Origin: Cyanophora paradoxa CCMP329
Taxonomy: Eukaryota; Plantae; Glaucophyta
Assembly (NCBI GenBank): GCA_004431415.1
Contig: QPMI01000082.1
Span: 1-64,000 of the forward strand
DNA length: 64,000 bases
Reading direction: 5' to 3'
Positions 43,311 through 55,559 of the stretch are shown here, piece after piece. The notes below the pieces were generated by a model, which did no database searches, had not been told where the DNA came from, and worked only from the letters and a program-made list of their open reading frames with translations. How positions within the stretch are numbered: position 1 is the first letter of the stretch; the number at the start of each line of letters is the position of its first letter. A program made the translations under genes and the position numbers.

Positions 43311-44940
43311 TCGCACCTCAAGTTCGGAAAGCGCGTCGGGGTCGGGTGCGGCGCGGCGGCGCGGGGGGCGGCTCGCCTCTTCGAGGCCGACAGGGCGGGG
43401 CGGCAGGGGCTTCGCGGAGACGTTCAAAGGATGGTGGCAGGGCCGCGTGGTGGCCATCAAGAAGATCATCCAGGCGCGGCGGGGCGCCCCTGCGGCGGGT
43501 CTCGCCTCATGGGGCGGCAGGTTGCGGACCGGCCCCTCACGGAAGACGACCTTGAAGACTTCAAGAGCGAGGTGTGTGAGCGGCGGGGCTGGCGGCGGGT
43601 CCCGTACGCGCTAAGGCGGCGCGGGCAGCTGGCGCTGATGGCGAAGCTGTCGCACGAGAACATAGTGCAGTGCCACGGGGGCGGCGACCACCTCCCCGAC
43701 CTCTTCATCGTGATGGAGTTCTGCGCCAGGGTCCGCGCCGCGCGCCCCCTGCGCCGCCCCAACGGGGGCCGGGGCGCGACCGGGCGGCAGGGGAGCCTCG
43801 CCTCGCTCTTGCGCAAGGACAAGACCGCCATCCTCGACTTCGAGGCCGTCCGGTGCCCTCGCGCCGCGCGCTGGCCCCGCCGACGCGGTGCTAACGGCGC
43901 GGGGGCAGGCGGATCGCGCTGGGGGTGGCCCGCGGGGTGGCCTACCTGCACGCCCTCGACCCGCCCCTCATCCACCGCGACCTCAAGTGCGAGAACGGTG
44001 CGCCTGCCCGCCGCGTACTGGACCAGCGAGCGCCTCACGCGGCCCTTCGGCAGTCTTCTTAACCGACGACCTGACCCCAAAGATCGGGGTTCGCTCTGGC
44101 CGTCGCGGCTCGTCCACGATAGCCTTTCTTCGCGCAGTTGACCGAATGAGTGCAGGACTTTGGCGTGAGCGTCCAGACGGGCGCCTCCTACATGATGAGC
44201 GAGTCCGGCACGTACCAGTACATGGCCGTGCGTGCCCCGCCCCTCCCCGTCTCGCCCGCCCTGCCGACGCCCCACAGCCCGAGCTTCTGCGCGGCGAACG
44301 GAGCAATGAGCTCGTAGACGGTGCAGGCCTCAGCACGCGCAGAGACACACGCGCCGTTGGGCGGGGGCCGGCTGACTCGAGCACGCAGTGTACTCGTTCG
44401 CGATGCTGCTGTACGAGCTGGTGACGCGGCGGGTGCCGTACTCGGACATGGGCCTGCAGTCGGGGGTGGCAGGCTTCCGGGCGGCGTACAGCGGGCTCCG
44501 GCCCTCCCTCGAGGACTGCCCCTGGCCCGAGCTCGCCGACCTCATCTCCGACTGCTGGGCCGACGCCCCCTCTGCCCGGCCCCAGATGTGCCAGGCCGCC
44601 CCCCCCCCCCCCCCCCCCCCCACCCCCCCCCCCGCCCCCCCCCCCCCCCCCCCCCCCCCCTCCGCCCCGCCCCGCCCCGTCGCGGCCCCCTGACGCGGCG
44701 CAGATCGTGGTGCGGCTGCAGCACCTGGTGGGCACGACGCGGCCGGTGCCCCCGAAGGAAGAGAAGAAGGAGGAGGAGAAGAAGGAGGGCCGCCGCTCCC
44801 TCGAGGTCCCCCGCAACCAGGGCCTCCACGCCTCCCCTTCCCCCGTCCACCGCCCCCTGCCCAGCGCCAGCGCGCCCAAGCCTAGGCCCCTACCCGGGCC
44901 TTCTCCAGCGGTTCACCCCGTTTTTGTTACACCTCTGTAG
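43311..44940 (+). CDS. TKL-group protein kinase; start not located
   Basis: KRVGVG|GFAE, VAIKK, IHRDLKCEN, DFG, GTYQYMA|PE, D|VYSFAMLLYEL, CWADAPSARP. Confidence 0.9.
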
Positions 44941-46007
44941 GATTTTCAAAGTTTCGAATTCGTGTGGACGGTCCCTAAGGGCCCGAGGGCCCGATCATCG
45001 GATCCTTCAGCCTACTAGGCTACGCGGGCCCTGCCGCAGTGTGTGCACGTGCACGAGGGTCCGACGGAACCGTAGCCACGGCATACGCATGCATGCGCAA
45101 TTGATTGCGATTAATACTGCAATTTGCCCTCGCGATCGGGGCCGCGGCGCGCGGGGCCCGCGGCCGGCGCCGCGGGTCCCAGACTCCCAGCCTGGCAGCC
45201 TAGCTATAGCTATATATATATATAGGCCTGCAGGGCCTGCGCATGCAGCTGCGCATGCGCATGCCGCGCGCGCCGCGCGCGCGCGCGCGGGCCGGGTCAT
45301 CGATCCCCCCCCCCCCCCACCCCCCCCCCCCCCCACCCCCCCCCCCCCCCCCCCCCCTCCCGCCCCCCGCCCCGCCCCGTCGCGGCCCCCTGACGCGGCG
45401 CAGATCGTGGTGCGGCTGCAGCACCTGGTGGGCACGACGCGGCCGGTGCCCCCGAAGGAAGAGAAGAAGGAGGAGGAGAAGAAGGAGGGCCGCCGCTCCC
45501 TCGAGGTCCCCCGCAACCAGGGCCTCCACGCCTCCCCTTCCCCCGTCCACCGCCCCCCTGCCCAGCGCCAGCGCGCCCAAGCCTAGGCCCCTACCCCGGG
45601 CCTTCTCCAGCGGTTCACCCCGTTTTTGTTACACCTCTGTAGGATTTTCAAAGTTTCGAATTCGTGTGGACGGTCCCTAAGGGCCCGAGGGCCCGATCAT
45701 CGGATCCTTCAGCCTACTAGGCTACGCGGGCCCTGCCGCAGTGTGTGCACGTGCACGAGGGTCCGACGGAACCGTAGCCACGGCATACGCATGCATGCGC
45801 AATTGATTGCGATTAATACTGCAATTTGCCCTCGCGATCGGGGCCGCGGCGCGCGGGGCCCGCGGCCGGCGCCGCGGGTCCCAGACTCCCAGCCTGGCAG
45901 CCTAGCTATAGCTATATATATATATAGGCCTGCAGGGCCTGCGCATGCAGCTGCGCATGCGCATGCCGCGCGCGCCGCGCGCGCGCGCGCGGGCCGGGTC
46001 ATCGATC
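44600..46007 (+). repeat. Near-identical ~700-bp tandem duplication of the kinase last exon and 3' flank
   Basis: ~44660-45305 repeats at ~45360-46007; each copy begins at a poly-C tract. Confidence 0.95.
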
Positions 46008-46314
46008 CGCGATATATATAGATATATCGCGCGCGACGTCGACTCGTAAATATGCCGCAGTACTAGTGCGCACTGCGGCATGCTACTCGCGTATATATGA
46101 TCAGCGACTTGCATGTACCGTACGTATACACGGTATATCGATATCTATATAGATATAGCTACTAGCCTAGTAGGCTAGGATCCGGATGCGGTACATCAGC
46201 TTGGCCATGCATATGGCAAATATATAACTAGTAAATACTTATGATCAGTGACTTAAGCTTACACAGCATGTACTAAGGTACTACGGTAATTATAACTGAA
46301 GGTACTGGACTGTG

Positions 46315-46381
46315 CACCCGTGACCTGTCTGTGTGTACAATTCGACTCACCCGTGACCTGTCTGTGTGTACAATTCGACTC
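46315..46381 (+). repeat. 33-bp tandem duplication
   Basis: CACCCGTGACCTGTCTGTGTGTACAATTCGACT x2. Confidence 0.95.
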
Positions 46382-48186
46382 GGTGAAAATGCAAGCATCT
46401 TTACATGCTTATATTTACGGGGAAATATGGCGAACTTCGGAAAGGGAAAGGAAAAGAAAGCAGAAAAGTGAAAGTGAGCAAGCTCGAGTATTCATGATAT
46501 CGATCATGGACGATGTGCCACGGTGAATTCGAAGGTGTTCCTCGAGTCACTCGCATACGTGGTGGGAAGCACGGGCGAGGTGGAGGAGGGAGCACGCCGG
46601 GGCCCGCGGCGCGACGCCGCTCGCGTCCAAGTCCAACTCCAGCAGCCGAGCTGCACTCTCGTCCACAAACGGAGCCGGTCGCTTGCCCACGCTTGCGACA
46701 GGGGGCAGGGAGAGGGCAGGAACGCTGCTGCCCGCAGTCAAGTCACAGCGCCGGGGCTGCAGCCGTGCGTAAGAATAGAGCAAGGGCAGGTGGCGGAGAT
46801 AAAAATTGGACGCACGCGACGATTGGGAACACGGGGGCGGGATACGGGCGGGGCATCAAGCTCCAGGCCGTAGCTGGGCCGTAGTTGGGGCTCGCGCGGG
46901 CATTCGAAGAGCGGGACAGTTGCCTCCGCCGGAGACGTAGGAGTTGGCGTTCTGGGGACGATCGCTGGCGAGCTCGAGTACGTGCACGTACGTCGGGGAG
47001 TGCGCCGTCTGTCGTTCTGCGGGCAAGACCGGTTAGCGTCAGCGCCTCTAATGTACAGGAACGAGCGATGATCGTACCGGTATGCAAGCAAAAGTCGATT
47101 GAGAAATGACATCCTCGAAATTACTGCGATGGCGACGCTCAAGCTCATCAGATCTAAGCTGCGAGGCGACGGACGAGCTCGGACCAGATTCGCGGTGTCG
47201 GTGCGCGCGAGCAATTTTCGGGTGAAGCTTGGAGTTGCCGGCATGCTTTGGCAGCCGCGTCCACCCTGCCAAAAGCAGCGTGTCAGCACCCTCGCTCCCC
47301 AATATTGCAACACAGCGGGAAGAGCGGAGACAGCGCACTGTGTGGATGGGTGTACCAAATCCAGGTATATGGTGTGTGGGGAGTGGGCCTGTACAGCGGG
47401 AGAAACGGCCCGGCTAGCGCTGCGCGTTCATCGCTTGTCAAAAAAACGTCGCGGGGCGGCGACAACGACGGCGCGGGGCGGTGACCTGGTGCCGTAATTA
47501 CTGTTTCCTTGTTCTATGCGATGCGCCGCCATCATGCGCGGGGACGCTGCCGGCAATTTTTCTGGGGAGATACGCAATGTTGCTGGAGCAGGTTACAGTG
47601 GATATCGACGCGCGCGGTCGGATATCGACGCGGTCGGCGACTCGGCGCGGATCCGAGCTAGCTCCGAAGAAGCTCAAGCGCTAGCTAGCGAGCTCTTCAA
47701 TGCTTGTGCGGGGTACGTGGATCTTTCCAACGCCGGCTCTGGTGGACCACCCGCTTCAGGAAGTTCGAATTCCCGCTGGAGCTCCGAGTTCCCGTCCTCC
47801 CGGAGCTAGCGCTTCTCCGCCGCCCGATGATTTTATGATCTGCCAGGCGCCGGGCCCGCCGGCTAGCGCTAGCGCTATCGCGCTCGTTTCGCTCCTAGCC
47901 TAGTAGGCCTTAAGCTTGAATATTTAATTCGAATTCGGCAACAACCGTCGGTCGACGGCAATTCGACGCCACATCGACGGCGGCCGCGTCGCCTACGTCT
48001 TCATGCGCATGCCATCAGCCTGTGCAATCCGAATCTCAGCGCCGCAGAGTGTAAAGGCCTCTAGCCCCTATAGGCTAGGCCCCTACCTCGGCCCCAAGCT
48101 TAAGTCGCTTGAGGCTTAGCTTGCCAGCTTTGCCAGCGAAGCAGCTTAACTTGTTGAGGTGATTTCGAAGGTTTGGGAATGCTAAG

Positions 48187-48495
48187 CTATCGGAAAGGGT
48201 GCTCGAGCACGCAAGTGTGCGTGTACGCGCTAGGCCTGGGGTGTCCGCGGGGATCTGGGTGGGGGTCCCTGGGAGAGCCGCCATATCGGAATCCGGCGGC
48301 CGGAGTGCACGTGCGGGCGCCGACGTGGCCTCGCTCGCTGTCGCTCGCGGGCCGGCGCTGCGCTGGGGACGGAGCGCTAAGGGGCCTCGTGGGGGCGGGG
48401 CGCTCCATCGGCGGGAGCGCCCCCCCCGGAGGGGCGGCTCTGGGGAGTCGAGGAGAGGTATCGGAGGTACTCGCGCGTTTCTGCGTGGCGTTCAG

Positions 48496-48526
<31 letters not shown>

Positions 48527-51500
48527 TGGCGCGGCGCACCGTTCATGCGCTGCTGGATGTCGAAGATGAGGCTCTGGAGCGGGGCGACCTCCTTGCGCCA
48601 GGCCTCGCCGGCACCGGCCGCCCCGGGAGGCCAGGCGGCCTCCTCGCCCTCCTCAGAGCCGCTCCACCTGCCCCGTCGTCGAGCGGCCCATCGTCGCCCA
48701 CCGCCTGCGAGCGGCGCCCCTCCACGTCCGACCCGCGCGCCGCCGCCGCCGCCGCTGCCGCCGCCGCTGCCGCCGCCGTTGCCGCCACGTCGGCGCCGGC
48801 GGGGTCGTCCAGGGAGACGCCGGCAGCCTGGAGCGCCGCCCGTCGCAGCGCGATCTCTTGCTGCGAGGCGGGTTTGTTGGCGCCCGGGCGGGGCCTGCGG
48901 GGCGGGGCGCCGACCTCGCGCTCCTCGACGCGGAGGTGCAGGCGGACAGCCGCCAGCTCCCGCCGCGTCTCCTCCAGCTCCGTCTCCGCGCCCCGCGCCC
49001 GCGCCTCAAGCCCTGCGCCCGCCCGCCTCGCCGCGGCGCGGGCCTGCGGGCGGGGCCGGGCGCGGGCGCGGGGCGGCACCGGTGGCGCGGGACTCGGCGG
49101 CGCGGCGGGCAGTGCGCTCGGCGTGGAGCTCGCCGCGGGCCTCGTCTAGCTCCTCCCGCGCCCCGTCCAGCAGCGCCTCCAGCGCAGCGGCGCGCCCCTC
49201 GGCCGCCGCCGCCCGCTCCTCCGCTGCACGCACCCGCGCCGGCTCGGGCGAGCCCTGTGCCGCCAACTGGCAAGGCTGGCGCTCAGCGCAGGCGAACGGG
49301 GGGCAGGACGGCTGCCGGGCCGCACCCGGACCTCCAAGCTCGCCGCCCGCTCCTCCGCCGCCCGCGCCCGCGCCTCCGCCTCGCACGCCCGCTCTCGCAG
49401 CTGCAGCCGGCGGCGTCAGGCGGGGCGGGGCGCGGAGCGGGGCGGGCGGGGAGGGCGGGCCCGCTCGGCCTCGGCGTGGGGCAGGGCGGGGGCGAGGGAG
49501 CGCTGGGAGGCGGCGGCGGGCTCGTCGTCGGGGCGTCGCCCTCGGCGCTGGGGCGCTGGAGCCGCCCTCGGAGCCGCGCGAGGCCTGGCGGCGGTGGCGC
49601 GGGAGGCGGCCCGAGAAGGCCCGGAAGACCGCCGCGTTTTCCTCCGCCGCCGTCGCCAGCTCCGAGGCCCGCCGCGGCGAGGGCCCCGTCGCCCTGCGCC
49701 CTCCTCGTCCGACCGCGCCAGCAGCCGCGCGCGCGAGCCCAGCTGCCGGCCGGTCCCCGTCAGCGCGCCGGCCGCGGGGCGGGGCGCCGGCCGGGCGGGG
49801 CCGGGCGCACGTCGGAGCCGACGCGGAGGAGGGGCGGGCGCTTGTTCCAAAAGCCGGCGCGGGCGACGGAGGAGGGGCTCGTGTCGCCCGGGGCGCGCCC
49901 GAGGGCAGCGGGCGAGGTGGACATCGAGGGGGGCCCGGAGTCGGAGCCCGGGGCGGGCGGGGAGGGCCCGGCGGCGAGAAGAGCCTGGAGGTGGGTGACC
50001 TTCTCCTCGAGGAGGCGCTTCATGTCGCTCTCCTCCTCGAGGCGACGCCGCAGCTCGGCCACCGTGGAAGTGTCCCGCTCCCGCTCGCTCCGCGCCGCCT
50101 CCAGCTGCCCCAGCTGCTCCCGCAGCTCCGCCAGCTCCCGCCGGTACAGCGTCAGCTGCGCCTTCACGTCGAAGAACTGCGCCCCGCCCCGTCACGCCCG
50201 CCGGACCGAGGCGCCGCGCGCGCGCCGGCCCGCGCCTCGTTCACGGTGGCCCTGTTGACGACCTGTGCGCGGCGGGCCCCGGCCCCGGCTCGAACCCCGG
50301 TGCGTCCGGTGCGGCCGGCCGGGGCCGGGGCGCAAGGCGGGGAGGCTGGACCTTCTTGGCGCGGGATGCGAATTTGAGGGTGGAGACGGTCTCCTCGCAA
50401 CACGAGGCGACCGGCGCGGCGGTGCACACGATGAGCGTGATCGAATTCCCGCCCAGCGCCGGCTCCAAGATCCGCGTCAGCTTCCCCTCTGCCGGGCCGG
50501 CCGTTCGGCCCGGGGCTCCGTGCGGCTCCGCGCGGCTCCGCGCGGCGCAGAGTCGGCGCACCGCGGTACGGGATGTGGGAGCTGCGCGGCGCGCGACGAG
50601 GGCCGCGTGAGGAACGGCCCAGAAGGGCGGGGGGCGTTCGGGGCGCACTTGCTGCCCTCGCTGAGGCGCAGAATGACCTTGCCTGCGCGCGCGCGGATGG
50701 GGCGAGGGGATGAGAGGGAGGGGGGGGGGGGGGGGGGGGGGGAGCGCGAGCGCGGAGCGGGGGCCGGGCCGGGGCGCGCCGAGGGTGAAGAGGGACTTGT
50801 TGATAGCGTTGGTCTCCCGCAGGCTCGCGTCCTCCATCGACCAGAGCTTCTCGCTTCCCGCCAGGTCCACGAGGTTCTGCACCCCCTCCCCGGCGGCCCG
50901 CTCGCGCACCGCGCACAGCCAAAGGCCCGCCGCGCGCTCGCGCGGCACGCACGAGGACGGAGACGCGGACGGAGGAGCCCTCGTCGTCCTCGCCGGGCAC
51001 GCCCGTGTGCCGCGGTCTGCTCTCGATCCCCAGCTGCCGCCCCGCCGGCTCGAGGCGCGCGGCGGGGCCGGGGGGATGGGCCCCGGGGGTAGGACGGGGG
51101 GCGCGCCTGGAAGATGGCGTGCGAGCGGCTGCTGAAGTCGTTGAAGCTCGTCGCCCGGATGTGGCGCCGTGCTGCCCGCCGCCGCCGTTGGCGCCGCCCC
51201 CCCGCGCGGCCCGCGGCGCGCTTCGCGGCGGCCGCACCGTTGCCCTCGCGCAGGGCGGCGAGGACCTCGGCGGCTGACGCAACGGGCCGCTCCTGGCGCC
51301 CTCCACGAAGACGCCAGTCTGGGGCGGGGTGGGCGCCCCGCGGGGAGGGGGCGGGCGGGGCGGGCGGGGGTGCCTCGGGTCCTCGCGGACGGGGAGATTG
51401 CGCCCCGCGGCGTCGTCGGGCCCCAGGAGGCAGTTGATCTGCTCGTTATAGATCTCGAGGTAGCTCACGCGCAACGCGAACTCCCGCCCAGCCTCCTGCG

Positions 51501-52656
51501 CGCCGCCTCGCCCCGGGGCGGCGGCGCCGCGCCCGCCCCGGCCGCGCGCACGCGGCGGATGTGCGCGAAGACCTCGTCCACCGCCAGCGGGATGAGACCC
51601 GGCTCCCCCTGCCGAGCCCTCAACGCGCGGCCGCGGCCCCGGCGTCAAGTCGCCGCGCCTCGGTGCCCGTCATGGTGTACGTTTTTCCGCTCGTCGTCTG
51701 CCCGTACGCGAAGATGGTGCCTGCGGCGGGATCGTCGCTCGCGGCGCGGTGCGGGGCAAGCTGGGTCGTACCATTGAACCCGCGGACGACGCTCTGAATG
51801 ATGTCTTGGGCGACCTCCTGATATAGGCCCGTCGTCCGCTCCTCCGGACCAAAGACGCGGTCTGCGTCCCCGCTCGCTCAGGGCCCGCGCAAGCCACCGC
51901 ACGCCACGTTGCGCACCAAAGGTGTAGGATGTCGATCGGGCAGTGCCCCGCCCCGGCGTCGCTGGCGTGCGAGAATTCCTCGGAGAAACGAAGGAGGCAG
52001 GCAGCGCCGGGCGGGCCTTGCCACGCGCCGAGCTTCCGTCATCGGGGCTGCGCCGCGGAATCCTCGACGCGAGCGAGCCGGTCCGATAGACGGGTGTCTG
52101 CAGTCCGGCATCGGCGCGCGGCGGAGCAGCTTGGGCGCGCGGCGGGGCGGTTTTGCGGACCGGCGGCGGGAGAGGCGAGCCTGGCGTGGAGGGTTCCTTC
52201 AGCTCCTCTGAGAGACGCCTCGTGAGGCGTGCCACGCCCGTCCGATTGGGTGTGAGCTGGAGTAAAGGGTTGAGAAGCGACGGGCAGCCAGAATTTTACA
52301 GCTGGGCTGATTGCCCTACACTGCGTTCGCGACACGCACCGGCAGGGGTCTCGGCGAAGGTGGCGGCGGTGACGCAGCACCGCCGCTTCGCGTGGGCGCC
52401 AGCTCGCTGTCCTCAACGGTGGTGGCCAAGGAGACCGCGACCAGCGGTTGATTGCACGGCAAAACAGTCCTCCCATCTGTCTTCCAGACCTGCAGATCGC
52501 CGGCCTCCTCGGGATTCGGAGGCTGAAGTGTACAGGTCAGCGCGTGGATACAACACAGAGCGCTCAAATAAGCCGCGCTCGCACCCTAAAACGTATTACG
52601 ACGCGAATCTTGTCGCTTGTCGCGCCGGCAGGCGGCGTCGTACGGCTGCCGCCCAT
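48187..52656 (-). CDS. Kinesin motor protein (kinesin-7/CENP-E-like); end approximate
   Basis: [10 protein letters not shown]|PPN, YTF|[50 protein letters not shown], coiled-coil tail. Confidence 0.93.
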
Positions 52657-52882
52657 TGCACCTTTTGGCGCGCAACGCGCTGCTGCGCTACAAGTGCACA
52701 AAACTGCTACGCAGTGAAGGGTGCTTGCCTTCTGCAGCTGCGTGCTGCTACACGTACCCCCGTCTAGGGCAGACCCCCCTCCGGTACCGCGCGGGGGCGC
52801 GGTTGGCGTTGACGATTCGCCTCATAGCCGCCGGTTGTCAGCCGCCGGTTGTCGTCGTCTCGGATGATCAGACGGCGGCCGC

Positions 52883-54930
52883 ATGCGGACGTTTCGGTCC
52901 TCGACGACGTGCATGACGACGCGAGCTCGCACAGAACAACTGGTGCGTATATTCGCGCGCGCTCAAGCATGAACGACCGCGCGACACTCGGGCGTCGCAG
53001 ACCCCGAGATATCGTCCGATGAGAGCCCGCCGCCCACGCCACGAGCCGACACGCCGGCGGGAGCCACACAGCTGCGCGACTCAAGCGCGAGCCTTTCCGA
53101 ACTGGTGGGTTTGGCTGGCGTGCAACATCCGCGGCAGCTAGGGCAGTTACTCACCAGCGCGCAGACGCCGCGGGACCTGACATCAAAGGTGACTTCAGAA
53201 CCGTGCAACTGGCAGCAAGAGCTGGCTCACATTGTGCACGCGCGCGCGCTCATGCTCCGCGAACACCGCAGGTCAACCCCGCCGACTACTGGCTCTCGGA
53301 CAGCAGGAAGCTGCCGCAGCACCTCTTCTGGCAGGCCGTGGCGGACCAGGTCATCCAGGAGCGGAGCGAGTCGCAGAGGCAGCTTGTTGCGCCGGAGGAC
53401 GGGGGTCACTCCTCGCGCACGAGGATTCTCCTGGACAGCGGCAGCCCCTGGCCGGCCCCGGGCCGCGCGCCGCAGGCGCAGCCCCCGCCGCAGCCCAACC
53501 GGCAGCAGGAGGCCCCGCGCACGCCGCGGCAATCGTCGGCGAGGGCGGCGGAGGCCGCGGGCGAGGGCGGGGCGGCGCGCGGCGCGTGGCAGGGGGCGAT
53601 GTACCGCCCCGAGCCGCCAAAGAAGGATGCGGCGGTGCCCTCGCCGGCGCCCCGTAGCCCCACGACGCCCTCGGCGCGCACGGGTCGCGGGTCCCCCCGC
53701 TCTCTGGGGGGACCCCGCCCGCGGAGCGCCATCCGGGGCCACGAGCGGGCGGAGCAGGAGGGCGTCTGCGCCTGCAGCTGCTTCAGGGCGGGGCGGAGCG
53801 GGACGCCGCCGGCGAGTCCGCCGCTTCTGGAGCGCCTGCTGGGATGCGTCCCGTTCTGGCGCCCAGGTGGGGATCTCGAGGGCGCCGAGGGGGGGCCGGC
53901 GGCGCGGCCGCGGGCGGGCCAGGGATCCGAGGGCGGTGCGGGGCACGCGGCGGTGCTGGATGCGGACTTGCACGAGGGGGTCATCTCGCGTCTGGTGCGC
54001 GGTCCCCGCCCGTGCCGTGACGCTGGCCCTGAGTGGCGAGCGGCAGGCGGGCGAGGTCGAGTTGCTGCGAACCCGCGTCGACCGCCTCTCCGCCGAGACC
54101 GCCTTCCTTGCCCGCCCCGGCCCGCCCGGCCTGCCCGCTCCCCCCTCCTCCGCGACCCGCGCCAGCCCCCGCGATCCGCCGCCTCCCCATCCCGAGCGTG
54201 CCGCCCGACTCGACCCGTCGGCCCCTGTCGTCGGACGTGCAGTCCGCGTCGTTGGAGGACACGGAGCCGGCGCCTTCCGCGGGGGCCACGCCCCCGAGCC
54301 CCTGGGCGTCGCGTGGTTCCGTAGGAGCCCCGCCGCCCAGACGTCACCGATCGCCGGTCCGGCCCCCGCACGCCTCGCAGTGCACTGTCCGCTAACCCAA
54401 GGTACGCAGGGGCGAGCGGGGCATGTTACACACCCACCGCGGACGATGTCGGGTGGTGCGCGCCTGCCTCGCATCTCCTTTCCGCCTCCAATGGCGCGCG
54501 CCATTTCTGACGTCGCCGTGTGTCTTCGCAGCATGCTCATCGCGGTCGTCGGATCGGGGTGGGCCTGAGGCCGTGCGAACGCCGCGGCCGCCGCTCACGG
54601 GCGGAAGGCAGGGGTCAGAGCGGCGCGGAGGCGGCGCGGGTGGAGAGCGAGCCGGTGGCGCTGGACGGAAGGAGCCGGGAGCAGCTAGATGCGCTGGTGC
54701 GGGCGCGGCGCGCCGTCTTCTGGTGCAGCGGGGCGGGGCGACAGCTTTTCGAGATCTCGCGCTCTTGCCCCAGCCCGCCCCCCGATTCGGCCTTCTCGGG
54801 CTCCGCCGAGGAGCGTTGCACCCTCTTCGTGCAGCCGGTCCGGCCCAGCGCGCCTTGGAGTCCCCTGCCCGCTGACCTCAAACGCAGGCGTGCATTACGC
54901 TCGCCCACAACAACTCCAAGCGAGAGCTGA
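52883..54930 (+). CDS. Hypothetical protein; boundaries approximate
   Basis: Protein-like exons (VNPADYWLSDSRKLPQHLFWQAV; LDALVRARRAVFWCSG) separated by typical short introns. Confidence 0.45.
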
Positions 54931-55559
54931 TTGCCCGCCGCGCCGCCACCATCGACCTTCACCCTTCCGACCCCTGCTGCTTCTCCCTCTTCGTTTATGG
55001 GCCTCCGCTCCCCTCCTCCGGCACTCCGGGCCCTAGTCCCGAGCCCATCGCCGTCACTCTGCGTCTGTCCTCGCCTAGCGACCGTGACATCCTCGCACTT
55101 TGTGTCAGGTGCGTTGGCAGCGCGCCCCAGATCTAGAGCCGCCGCCGCATGTGCTCCGCTTATCGTTGCTTACGGCAGGAAATTCATGGCAATGCCTCCT
55201 GGTCCCGTTTAGGCCGATGGCACTTAAGCTTGCCTTGGTCGCTGCGATTAGGAGCCCGTTTTTTGAAGGGCGCCCGTTTAAAAAAAATCCGATTTGTTTG
55301 CAGAGGGGCTGGTTGGTCGTCAACACATTGGTTTAGAGAATAGGATCAGCACAGCATTTGTGGGGAAATCCGGTGTGTACGAGTGTGCGGATTGGGGGTT
55401 GCGACCGGTGGCTCAGCGGGCCGAAAATCGGGAAGAGGAAGAGGAGGGGGAGTGGGTAGCGGGGCAGGGGGCTTGTGAACGGCTGCCGCAGCCGAGACGG
55501 CAGCCGCCTCCTGCTTCTCGCGGGGAGGGGCGGGGAGGGAGGCGAGGAACGCTTCCTGC

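Noticed and set aside
46500-47900. Possible gene between the kinase and the kinesin
   Set aside because: No convincing motif or consistent exon chain could be built.
48173-50377. 734-aa + strand ORF and similar long Arg/Pro/Gly-rich ORFs (33128..34405, 53227..54540)
   Set aside because: Antisense shadows of GC-rich genes, with no domain signal.
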